A stretch of DNA of 39,605 bases from Balanoglossus misakiensis. Lineage: Eukaryota > Animalia > Hemichordata. Shown here piece by piece: positions 1 through 9,600 of this stretch. Each line of letters starts with the position of its first letter. Within the stretch, counting starts at the first letter, position 1. Position numbers and translations under genes: made by a program. The notes under the pieces are model-generated. The model did not search any database and was not told the DNA's origin. It worked only from the letters and a program-made list of their open reading frames with translations. The stretch covers positions 1-39,605 of the forward strand of contig JBECUI020000065.1 of NCBI GenBank assembly GCA_040954595.2, read 5' to 3'.

Positions 1-3000
1 TATGGCTCCGTCTTTTATGAAAGTGGCACTAATAACCCTGTCAGCACCATTGGTGCTGACACCAATGCAGTTGATGTAGTGTTGAGGGTGGATTTCTATG
101 GTTGTGGCAGTAAGGGTACGGTCACCAGTCTCAGCGTTCCTGCTCCCAGCCTTACGATAGGTGACACCCCGGCGGCGCTTACTGGCTGGCCTTCGGGGAA
201 CCTGATCACTTGCGGCGAAGCCTATGTTGCGAGAAGCGATGTGGATGTAAGCACGGGCGATTCCGAATATGCCGATAATGGGTATGGCTTTATTGAGGCT
301 GGCGGAGACATTGTCGACCGGGCCAAGATCGGCGAGATCAGCTTCAACAGCCAGAGCGGCACGGTCTCGCGCTATTACACCTCGCTGACTGGTAGTCTTT
401 TGGCTACTGGTGAGACCTGCTCCACCGCTGCTGCTGACAGGGCGAGTTGCCTTGATGCCAGCACTAATCTGGATACCGCCAGCCTGACGGTGCGGGTGAG
501 CCGCACAGATAGCTCGACGGACAGCTTTGTCGGCAAGCTGCAACTCGGCGATAGCGGGACTGGTGTTGCCATAAACCTTGATGCGGCAGATCCTTCCGTC
601 ACGGCCAGTGTTTCTGCCCCTGCATCTCCGCTCCCGATCTATGCGACGCTGGACGATGCTGGCACTGCTCGCGCCCGCCCGGGAGTAAAATTTATGGTGA
701 CAGAGCTTATCCTGACGCCAACAGGAGGCGATGCGATTACCTATAGCTACTCTTTTCGTTATCTGGACGGTTTTTTAGCGGTATCGCCTCCGCCGACCGG
801 GCCGCTGACAGCCAGCATAGCGCTTGGCGATATAGCGGCAGTGAACGGCTTTAATGAGGCCATCCATGTGGACAGCAATGCAGTGAATTCCGCGCAAACC
901 GGCATATTCGAGTTTCTAATCTCTGGCTTTTCCGCCACCAATTTGAGCGGGACGCCAGCTTTGAGCTTTGGCACTGTTACTGGTGGCTCGATAATTGACA
1001 CTGCGATCACTTTTTATGATGCCGGCGGCACTGTAGCCGACAGCATTAGCACTGCCGGCTCTGTTCATGTCTCGGTTCCGGTGAGTTTCAATGGTTGTGA
1101 CACTGCGTCCGGTCTCAGCATTCCTGCTCCTGTCCTGACGATAGATGACACAGATGTGACGCTTACGGACTGGCCTTCGGGGAACCTGATCACTTGCGGC
1201 GAGGCCTATAGCGTGACGGTATACAGGGATGGGGGTGACTCCGAATATGCCTATGGTGGAGCCGGCTTTGATACGACGGTGAGCGACTTAGCTAACAAGG
1301 CTAATATTGGCATGGTCAGACTTGGTGATTTCAACAGCCAGAGCGGCACGGTCTCGCGCTATTACACCACGCTGACTGGTGGTTCTTTGGCTACTGGTCA
1401 GTGCTCCACCACTTGCCTTGATGCTGACTCGAATTGGTCCTCTGCCGAGCTGACGATGGAAGCAACCCGCACAGGTCCCTTGACGGACAGCTTTGACGGC
1501 AAGCTGCAACTCGGCGAGACCGGTACTGGTGTTGCCATAGGCCTTGCTGCGACTCCGGTCACGGTCAGTATTTCCAGTACGATAACAACATTCACATCTC
1601 CGATCCCGATCTATGCGACGCTGGACGATATTACTTCTCGCGATCGCCCTGGAGTAGATTTTGCGGTGACGGAGCTTAGCCTGACGCCAACAGGAGGCAC
1701 TGCGATTGCCTATGATCCAGCCTCTGCTCAGCTGAACAGGCTGGACAGGTTTGTATTTCAGCCCAGTGCGACAGCCGTCATAAGTTTTGATGATATAGCG
1801 GCAACGGACGGCTTTACCGGTCCGATCTTTGTGGAGGAAGATACGGTAGCCGAAGCGCAATCAGGCATTTTCGAGTTTAAGGTCACGAATATTCCTGGTC
1901 ACTCTGGTGGTGCGCTGGCTTTGGATTTTTCTGATGGTGTTTCTGCTGGTGTCTCGGGCGGCTCTGTTTCTGGCTCCAGCTTTTATGTAGCTGGCTCTGC
2001 TGACTCTGTCAGCACCATTGGTGCTGACACCAATGCAGTTGCTGTAGCGGTGACGGTGAGTTTCGATGGTTGTAACAATGCGACCGGCCTCGGCATGAAG
2101 GCTCCTGTCCTGACGATAACGCCCATCTCTGGTGGCGCCGCAACGACAGTGCGGCTTGTCTGGGGGGACGAGATAGCAAGTCAGCGACCGTACTCAAGAG
2201 GTTATGCACGGATGATAGATTGCAGCTGGGTCTATAGCGGGGGTGCGACCTCGGATGTGGGCGTGAGCAACTCCGAATATACCACGGATGGCAGCGGCTT
2301 TGCTGCGACGGTGGGCGACTCATCTGGCAAGGCTCAGATCGGCGAGGTCGTTATTCTCGTCGACGATCTGGTCTCGCGCTACTACAGCTCGCTGGCTAAT
2401 TCTGGAGCTAATTATATGGATGTCACCACCGCGGTGGTGAGCTTTTCTATTGACGTGACCAGCGATGGCTCGGCAGCATTTGATGGCGGATTGCAGATTG
2501 GTGACGGGGCAACCAGTGCTTTGAATATAGGCCAAACAGGCGGGATCACATCTGTTGATGTTGTGCTTCCCGCAGACATTTCCGCAGGCAACCTCGTTTA
2601 TCTTCCGATCTATTTGAGTCTTGCGGCTGACACTTTTGGTGCTGGGAATGAGCGCTCTCGTCCGGGGCTGAGCTTTGAAGTAACCGGATTCAAACTGACC
2701 CCGCCCGTAGGCGATCCGTTAAACTATCCTGTTGATGGTGCGCCTGTTGCTCTGGACGGGTTTGGCGCGGTATCGGTTCCGCCCGAGGTGACAGCCGAGA
2801 TAGGGTTTGGCGATTTGGCTGGATTTACCGGCTTTAATGAGGCCATCCATGTGGACAGCAATGCAGTGAATTCCGCGCAAACCGCCACATTCGAGTTTAA
2901 GATCACGAATATTCCTGGTCACTCTGGTGGTGCGCTGGCTTTGGATTTTTCTGCTGGTGTCTCGGGCGGCTCTGTTTCTGGCTCCAGCTTTTATGTAGCT

Positions 3001-4686
3001 GGCACTAGTAACCTTACCGACAACATTAATGCTGGCGCCGGTGCAATGGATGTAGTGGTGACGGTGGTTTTCGGTGGTTGTAGCGATACGGTCACCGGTC
3101 TCAGTCTTCCTGCTCCCAGCCTTAGGATAGGTAGCACGTCAGTGACGCTTTCGGGCTGGCATTCGGGTAATTTCATCACTTGCGGCGAAGCCTATAGCGT
3201 GACTGTGGACGCAGATGCGCGCGGAGTCGCCAGGGCCAACGACTCCAAATATGCCACGGATGGAAGCGGCTTTGATACGACGGTGGTGAGCGACGAAGCT
3301 GGCAAGGCCAGGATCGGCAAGGTCGATATTAGCTTCAACGATCAGAGCGGCACGGTCTCGCGCTATTATACCTCGCTGTCGAGTGTAGCTGATAGTGGTT
3401 ATATTGATGCGAATACGAGCTTGAGCCTGACTATCGGTGCGGCCAGCGATGGCTCGGCAGCATTTGATGGCGGATTGCAGGTCGGTGACGGGACATCCAG
3501 TGCTTTGAATATAGGGCAAATAGGCCAGAGCACATCTGTTGATGTTGTGCTTCCCGCAGGCACCGGCACTGATCTTCCGATCTATTTGAGTCTTGCCGCT
3601 GACACTTTTGGTGCTGGGAATGAGCGCGATCGTCCAGGCCTTAATTTTGGTGTAACAGGCCTCAAACTGACTCCGACCGGGGCGGCTGCTCCGATCAGCT
3701 ATCCTGTTGATGGTACGCGTTTTGCTCTGGATGGTTTTGTTGCGAGGCCTGTCGGAGTGCTAGCTAGCATTGCGCTTGGCGATATAGCGGCAGTGAACGG
3801 CTTTACCGAGCCCATCCATGTCGAGAGCACTGCAGTGAATTCCGCGCAGGACGGCATTTTCGAGTTTGTAATCTCTGATTTTGCCGACCCCGGTGTGAGC
3901 GGGACGCCAGCTTTGAGCTTTGGCACTGTTACTGGTGGCTCGATAATTGACACTGCGATCACTTTTTATGATGCCGGCGGCACTGAGGCCACCAGCATTA
4001 GCACTGCCGGCTCTGTTCATGTCTCGGTTCCGGTGAGTTTCAATGGTTGTGACACTGCGTCCGGTCTCAGCATTCCTGCTCCTGTCCTGACGATAGATGA
4101 CACAGATGTGACGCTTACTGGCTGGCCTTCGGGTAATCTCATCACTTGCGGCGATGCTGTAAGATTGGTCAGCGACACCGACTATATGGATGGGACCCCT
4201 GGCGGCGACAGCGAATATTCGCCCGATGGCGGCTTTGATATTGCGGTTGCTGGTCCGACAGTCGATAATGTCGATTTTACCCAAGTCGGTAATGACGGTC
4301 CGGACGCCGATGGTCGGCATATTGCCAGTGTTGGAGTGTTGTCCTTGCTCCCTGGCTATTATGCCGATCTTCAGAGCATGTCTCTTCTTGAGGCCCCTGA
4401 TGGCTTGAGCCTGGAGATAGCGGCTATAGGCGGCACCAGCAATATAGCGGGTACTGCCATCTATGATGGCGAAAGCGGCACCGGCTGGGGTAATGTTGTA
4501 GAATTTGTGGATGGAGTGGCCATTCTTGGGCCAGCCAATGGCTTGGCCATAGGCACCATTCCCGAATTGATCATCGGGCTTGTGCTTGAAAATGGTGATT
4601 TGGCTGTCCGTGCTGCTCTTGATTTGAGCGCCAGCGTCAAACATAATGGTCAGGACATAATTACCGGCATTGCTCTGGACGGATTT
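1..4686 (+). repeat. Tandem ~1 kb coding repeat array of gene 1
   Basis: HVD-type anchors at about 865, 1828, 2848 and 3817, plus a partial unit at 1-780. Segments 944-1200 and 3896-4152 are nearly identical in DNA. Confidence 0.9.
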
Positions 4687-6156
4687 AAGGAGGTCGATGA
4701 GAATTCGGGCATAGTGTTGCCCGGCGATGAAATCTCCGGAGGCATAATTGCTGGAGCCAATATCAATGTTAGTGCGGCTACAGCGGATCAGCCAGCGCTT
4801 TATATCGCTACTGATGCTCTGGTTACTGCCGAGATGGCTCAGGACTTCTATCAGAGTTTCACCGCCGATCTGGCTGCGGGCGCTTACACGCTGCGGGTCG
4901 ATCTGGCTGGAGGCAGCTTTATCGGCAATGCTGGTGCCGCGCGGTTTGCCGATGGCTCGGTAGGTGGCTCGGTATATGCTACGGTCAAGATTGGAGATGC
5001 TGCCTCTGTTCGTGCTTCCGGATATGTTTCCAGCGTCGCCAGCAGAGTGGATATAAGCTTCACCACGGATGCTGCTGGTGAAGCTGTGTTCGAGCTATTA
5101 TTGCCGGTCCAGTTTGCTGGTTGCGTTAGCACGGCTTCGGAGCTAAGGGCGACGGTCAGCTTTGTTGCGGTGCCTGGTGGAAGCGTGGCTCCTGATGCTA
5201 TCGAGCGGCAATTTATCGGTTGCGCCAGAGCCTATGCGCTGTCCGGGAATAGCGGGAGCGATACAGGTTGGGGCGGCGGCGAAAGCCAATATGTCGAGAA
5301 TGGTTCTGGCTTTGATATTGGTGTATTTGGCCCGGTGCTCAATAATTTCCGTCTACCGGCGGACACGGCCGATAAGGCTGCCATTGGCGTGGTCGAGCTG
5401 AGCTTCAATCCGGACAATATTGCTACAGATGTTTTCTATCTGGACATTGGTGACGTCAAGAAAACCCTTTCCGGAGCTGCCGGTGAAGTGGTAGTCAAGG
5501 TCACGGCGAGCGATCCTGCTGGTCTTGCCGGAGTGTCTTTTGATGATACTCCGGGCGATGTGGCCGACTTTACCGATGGCGTAGCCGAATTGCCGGTGAC
5601 ATTGAATAATAACAATATGTTACTTGATGCGATTTATTTGTCGCTGGATACGACCCCTATGAGGGTCAGGCCAGCAGCTATGTTCAGTGGCGAGGTAATC
5701 ATTGCCGCTACGGGCACGGCCATTGCTGGCTCTGCCATGTCATTTGACAGCTTTGCCGAGGACGGTTTTGCCATTTGCGGTGAATTTGACTGGATCGGCG
5801 ATAGCGGCCGGATGGCCCGTAATTATATTCGCATAAGCGGCTTGACTGGCTTTGTGTCGATCGAGGCTATGATGCAGAATTTTGCTGGCGAAGTGGAGCC
5901 GAGCGTCACTGATTGGCAGGTGCTGGAGCCGGTCGAGTTTGGCTTCTCGCTTGGGGACGATGTGATCGTCATCCGCGCTTGGGAGTTGGAAAAAGTGTTC
6001 GGCATTTTTCTCCGTGGCGATGTGAGTTTCAGAATCAATGGAGTGCCTGCGTCAAAAGTGGATTGTGATCGGTTGATCCGTTCATCGCCGAGCTATGCGG
6101 TATCTAGCTTTGGCAATAATGGCGGCGACAATATGGCTCTGGACGGCGACGACTAA
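1..6156 (+). CDS. Giant repetitive surface/secreted protein 1, 5'-truncated (2051 codons visible): about 4.7 copies of a ~330-aa repeat plus conserved C-terminal module
   Basis: Frame +1 is open from base 1 (tat ggc tcc gtc...) to TAA at 6154-6156, so the ORF-track start at 79 is a window-edge artefact. It has the same repeat motifs (HVDSN, FEF, FxGC, LITCG, DSEY, SRYYTSL, PIY, RPG, LDGF) and the same C-terminus as the next gene. Confidence 0.9.
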   Translation, partial: YGSVFYESGTNNPVSTIGADTNAVDVVLRVDFYGCGSKGTVTSLSVPAPSLTIGDTPAALTGWPSGNLITCGEAYVARSDVDVSTGDSEYADNGYGFIEAGGDIVDRAKIGEISFNSQSGTVSRYYTSLTGSLLATGETCSTAAADRASCLDASTNLDTASLTVRVSRTDSSTDSFVGKLQLGDSGTGVAINLDAADPSVTASVSAPASPLPIYATLDDAGTARARPGVKFMVTELILTPTGGDAITYSYSFRYLDGFLAVSPPPTGPLTASIALGDIAAVNGFNEAIHVDSNAVNSAQTGIFEFLISGFSATNLSGTPALSFGTVTGGSIIDTAITFYDAGGTVADSISTAGSVHVSVPVSFNGCDTASGLSIPAPVLTIDDTDVTLTDWPSGNLITCGEAYSVTVYRDGGDSEYAYGGAGFDTTVSDLANKANIGMVRLGDFNSQSGTVSRYYTTLTGGSLATGQCSTTCLDADSNWSSAELTMEATRTGPLTDSFDGKLQLGETGTGVAIGLAATPVTVSISSTITTFTSPIPIYATLDDITSRDRPGVDFAVTELSLTPTGGTAIAYDPASAQLNRLDRFVFQPSATAVISFDDIAATDGFTGPIFVEEDTVAEAQSGIFEFKVTNIPGHSGGALALDFSDGVSAGVSGGSVSGSSFYVAGSADSVSTIGADTNAVAVAVTVSFDGCNNATGLGMKAPVLTITPISGGAATTVRLVWGDEIASQRPYSRGYARMIDCSWVYSGGATSDVGVSNSEYTTDGSGFAATVGDSSGKAQIGEVVILVDDLVSRYYSSLANSGANYMDVTTAVVSFSIDVTSDGSAAFDGGLQIGDGATSALNIGQTGGITSVDVVLPADISAGNLVYLPIYLSLAADTFGAGNERSRPGLSFEVTGFKLTPPVGDPLNYPVDGAPVALDGFGAVSVPPEVTAEIGFGDLAGFTGFNEAIHVDSNAVNSAQTATFEFKITNIPGHSGGALALDFSAGVSGGSVSGSSFYVAGTSNLTDNINAGAGAMDVVVTVVFGGCSDTVTGLSLPAPSLRIGSTSVTLSGWHSGNFITCGEAYSVTVDADARGVARANDSKYATDGSGFDTTVVSDEAGKARIGKVDISFNDQSGTVSRYYTSLSSVADSGYIDANTSLSLTIGAASDGSAAFDGGLQVGDGTSSALNIGQIGQSTSVDVVLPAGTGTDLPIYLSLAADTFGAGNERDRPGLNFGVTGLKLTPTGAAAPISYPVDGTRFALDGFVARPVGVLASIALGDIAAVNGFTEPIHVESTAVNSAQDGIFEFVISDFADPGVSGTPALSFGTVTGGSIIDTAITFYDAGGTEATSISTAGSVHVSVPVSFNGCDTASGLSIPAPVLTIDDTDVTLTGWPSGNLITCGDAVRLVSDTDYMDGTPGGDSEYSPDGGFDIAVAGPTVDNVDFTQVGNDGPDADGRHIASVGVLSLLPGYYADLQSMSLLEAPDGLSLEIAAIGGTSNIAGTAIYDGESGTGWGNVVEFVDGVAILGPANGLAIGTIPELIIGLVLENGDLAVRAALDLSASVKHNGQDIITGIALDGFKEVDENSGIVLPGDEISGGIIAGANINVSAATADQPALYIATDALVTAEMAQDFYQSFTADLAAGAYTLRVDLAGGSFIGNAGAARFADGSVGGSVYATVKIGDAASVRASGYVSSVASRVDISFTTDAAGEAVFELLLPVQFAGCVSTASELRATVSFVAVPGGSVAPDAIERQFIGCARAYALSGNSGSDTGWGGGESQYVENGSGFDIGVFGPVLNNFRLPADTADKAAIGVVELSFNPDNIATDVFYLDIGDVKKTLSGAAGEVVVKVTASDPAGLAGVSFDDTPGDVADFTDGVAELPVTLNNNNMLLDAIYLSLDTTPMRVRPAAMFSGEVIIAATGTAIAGSAMSFDSFAEDGFAICGEFDWIGDSGRMARNYIRISGLTGFVSIEAMMQNFAGEVEPSVTDWQVLEPVEFGFSLGDDVIVIRAWELEKVFGIFLRGDVSFRINGVPASKVDCDRLIRSSPSYAVSSFGNNGGDNMALDGDD

Positions 6157-6159
6157 GCC
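4729..6159 (+). repeat. Conserved C-terminal module, copy 1 (~475 aa: one degenerate repeat unit plus a ~130-aa terminal domain)
   Basis: Aligns by eye at high DNA identity with 20616-22040, from gaaatctccg..ggcataattgctggagccaatatc through to gacgactaagcc. Confidence 0.93.
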
Positions 6160-6166
6160 AGCATCA

Positions 6167-6214
6167 TCCAGGGCAGGGAGCGCGCGCGGCCCCAAGGAGC
6201 GCGCGGCACTGGGA
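6167..6214 (+). terminator. Possible GC-rich stem-loop just after the gene 1 stop
   Basis: Two copies of ggagcgcgcg(cg)gc whose self-complementary gcgcgc cores can pair, flanked by ccag...ctgg. There is no U-tract, so it is not a classical intrinsic terminator. Confidence 0.2.
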
Positions 6215-6273
6215 CGCACGAACAATGCCCGCCGGAGCCGTTATGGTATTTGGCAGATAAACTGCCATATGGC

Positions 6274-6345
6274 TAAAAGTTCTCTTGCGGTGTGAACTGT
6301 TTTTGCGCTACGTTGGAGCGAGATAATTGTCAGAAGATATATGCC
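6274..6345 (+). promoter_or_regulatory. Conserved upstream block, putative sigma70-type promoter of gene 2
   Basis: taaaagttctcTTGCGGtgtgaactgtttttgcGCTACGTT matches taaaacgctcTTGCGGtgcagactgtttttgcGCTACATC upstream of gene 3. The -35-like TTGCGG (6285-6290) lies 18 nt from a -10-like hexamer. Confidence 0.6.
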
Positions 6346-6461
6346 TCTGACGGAGTAGCTCGTTAGCATGGCGATACCCATAAATGCGGCAGGCTCCATG
6401 TGAGTGATATTAGCCAAAGGGCATGCTTATGGTAGAGAGCCTCTTGTCGCAGAAAACCTTC

Positions 6462-6466
6462 AGGAG
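6462..6466 (+). promoter_or_regulatory. Shine-Dalgarno AGGAG supporting a GTG start at 6474
   Basis: AGGAG lies 7 nt before an in-frame GTG. The context ttgtcgcaga...aggagt...aggtgaa.tttt is shared with the gene 3 start region. Confidence 0.7.
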
Positions 6467-6473
6467 TTCCAAG

Positions 6474-6614
6474 GTGAAGTTTTCAAGTCATTCTGCCCCC
6501 GCTGATACCAACATAAAGCAAAGGCGCAAACGAACGGAGAATAGGCTCGGCATGGCTGGTTTGCTGGCCATATCGGTTTTTTTTGCTGGGGCGTTCGATA
6601 GATCAGCATGGGCA
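6474..6614 (+). other. Extended Sec-type signal peptide of gene 2
   Basis: MKFSSH...KQRRKRTENRLGMAGLLAISVFFAGAFDRSAWA|QVP: long basic n-region, h-region and AxA cleavage motif. Confidence 0.7.
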
Positions 6615-9600
6615 CAGGTCCCCGCAGTAGCCGACATAGCGCTTGGCGATATAGCGGGAGTGGACGGCTTTACCGAGGCCATCCATGTGGACAGCAATGT
6701 AGTGACTTCTGCGCTACCCTCAACTTCCCGTACCGGCACATTCGAGTTTCTAATCTCTGGCTTTGTCAACATTGGCACTGGCTTGACCGGAACTCCGGCT
6801 TTGAGCTTTGGCACTGTTACTGATGGCTCGATAATTGACACTGCTACAACCAAGATCACTTTTCATAATGCCGACGGCACTGATGCCAACGGCAATGTTA
6901 GCACTGCCGACACTGTTCGTGTTTCGGTTCCGGTGAGTTTCAATGGTTGTGACACTGCGTCCGGTCTCAGCCTGCCTGTTCCGACGAGCTTCACGATAAA
7001 TGACACCCCGGTGACGCTGTCCTGGCCGGGGCCAGCCGGCCAGCGGCTAATCACTTGCGGCAAATCCTATAGCGTGAGCACTGATGTGGATGGAAGCACG
7101 GGCGACTCCGAATATGCCGTATCTGCGTCTGGCTTTATTGAGGCTGGCGGCGATATTGCCAACAGAGTCAAGATCGGTGAGATCAACTTCAATAGACAAG
7201 TCCAAGGCAATCCGGTCTCGCGCTATTACACCTCGCTGGCTGATCCTGGAGCTAGTTATATTGATGCCAATCTGACTGTTGTCAGCCTGAAGGTGCAGAT
7301 AGATCGCACCGGTAGCGTGCCGGGTATCTTTGACGGCGAGTTGCAACTTGACGACAGTCACATGAATAGCGACCTTGGTAATGCAGCTGTAGGCATAACC
7401 CTTGGTTCGGTGCATGAGATCCAACTTTTGGAGACGATTGTTCCGCCCCGAAACTATGTTGCCCGCCCTGTATTTCCGGTCTCGATTTATGCGACGCTGA
7501 ATGATGCTGGCACTGTTCGCGACCGCCCTGGAGTAGCTTTTGCGGTGACAGAACTTAGCCTGACGTCAACAATAGGCGCGGCGGTTACGTATGATCTAGC
7601 CTCTGCTCCTCTGGACGGGTTTGCACCGGTATCGGTTCCGACCGGGCCGGTAGCCAATATTGCGTTTGGCGATGTTGGCGCCGCTGGTGCTGCAGGTCGA
7701 GAGAATGGCTTTACCGAGGCCATCCATGTAGACAGCAATGCAGTAGCCGACCTAACTGGTGCCATATTCGAGTTTCAGGTCAGCGGTTTGCCCAATGGTT
7801 TGAGCGGGACGCCAGCTTTGAGTTTTAGCGCTACAGGTGGCCGTGTCTTGGTAATTACTTTCTATGATGTCGCTGGCAACCGGATTAGCAGCATTGGGCA
7901 AGGCACCAGCTATATCGGTGTTTCCGTAGCTATGAGTTTCGATGGTTGCGTCACTGCAGACACCGGTCTTAATGTTGCAACTCAACTCTTTACGATAGGC
8001 AACACCCCGGTGACGCTTTCCTGGCCAGCCGGAACAGCAACGAGTCAGCAACTGATCAGTTGCGGCGAGGCCTATAGCGTGTCTGTGGCCTCGGATGAGG
8101 GCGCGGGCGACTCCGAATATGTCACGGATAGAAGAGGCTTTGATACCGGGATTGCAGGCGACTCACCTGGCAAGGCCAAGATCGGTGAGCTTAGCATTGA
8201 TCCATTCAACAGCCAAAATGGCACGGTCTCGCGCTATTACACCTCGCTGCTTGATCCTGGGGCTAATTATATTGATGCCGGCACCACTTTGTCCTCTGTC
8301 AGCCTGACGGTGCGGGTGAGCCGCACCGGAACGGAAGCCTTGACGGAGAGCTTTAACGGCAAGCTGCAATTTGGCGATGATAACGAGGTTAGCTTGGGAT
8401 TTGCAGACATAGACCTTGATGCGGCAGATCCTTCCGTTACGGCCAGTGTTAATGTTGTTACTGCTACTATGCCCAATCTTCCGCTCCCGATCTATGCGGT
8501 GCTGGACGATGCTAGCGTTGTTCGTGATCGCCCAGGAGTAGCTTTTGCGGTGACGGGGCTTCGCCTGACGCCAAGGGGGATTGTGTCTGATCCGATCAAT
8601 TACACTATTGCCGACATTGCTCTGGACAGGTTTGATGCCAAGACGCTTGTGTATGCCGATATTGTGCCTGGCGATGTCGGGGCGAGCGGTGCTGCGGGTC
8701 GAGTGAATGGCTTTACCGAGGCAATCCATGTGGATAGCTACAGGCTGAGCGGTATACAACAGGCAGCTACATTCGAGTTTCAGATCACCAATTTGCCCGC
8801 CGATTTCAGTGGTAATCTGATTTTGACCTTTAATAATGTTATTGGAAGCTCGCATCCTTCAACTCATAGGTTCTATAATGCTGCTGGCACCAATATTACC
8901 AGCATTGCGCAAGGCACCACCTCTATCGCTGTTGTAGTGGAGTTGGCTTTTGATGGTTGCAGTGAGAACATCAATGGCTTGGTAATGTTTGCTCCGACCC
9001 TTACGACAGGTGGAGCATTGGTGGGGCTTTCCTGGCCGGAGGATGGCTTCAGGGATGACAAGGGCAATGATGATCCGAGTGACGACACCTATCAACTGAT
9101 CACTTGCGGCACGCCTTATAATGTGGTTGTGGCCTCGGATGAGGACACGAGCGACTCCGAATATTTAGCTGATGGCAGCGGTTTCAACATAGCTGTAGAC
9201 GGCAATGTCGGCAAGACTCAGATCGGCACATTGTCTGTCAGTTTCAACGACCAAGATGGCACGGTCTCGCGCTATTACAGCGCTTTACCCAGGGATTCGA
9301 CCAGCCCTGATGCCTATTCCTATTATATCGACGCCAACACCGAGGTGAGCCTTAATCTTGCTGTGACCAGTTACGGCTCGGCGGCGTTTGCTGGTGAGGC
9401 GCAGGTTGCTGATGGGACAGCTATGCCTTTTAGCATAAGTGCTAGTAGCTCCTCCACGACAACAGAAATTTTTGCTGTTGCTGCTGTCAAGGGCGAAAAC
9501 CTTCCGATCTATGTGACGATGACTGACAGGAGTATTGGTAGTCGTCCGGGGCTGATCTTTAACGTAACCGGCATTGAACTGACCCCGACCGTAGGCGATC

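Noticed and set aside
79-81. ORF-track start of gene 1 at TTG 79
   Set aside because: The frame is open to base 1 and position 79 is mid-repeat, so the true start is upstream of the window.
6013-6021. RGD integrin-binding motif in the C-terminal domain (also 21894-21902 and a few in the repeats)
   Set aside because: The two terminal copies are not independent, and several RGDs are expected by chance in ~13,000 Gly/Asp-rich residues. Exposure is unknown.
6516-6540. Tat signal (RR in KQRRKRTE)
   Set aside because: It does not fit S/T-R-R-x-F-L-K, the paralog has RKRK with no RR pair, and the protein is far too large for folded Tat export.
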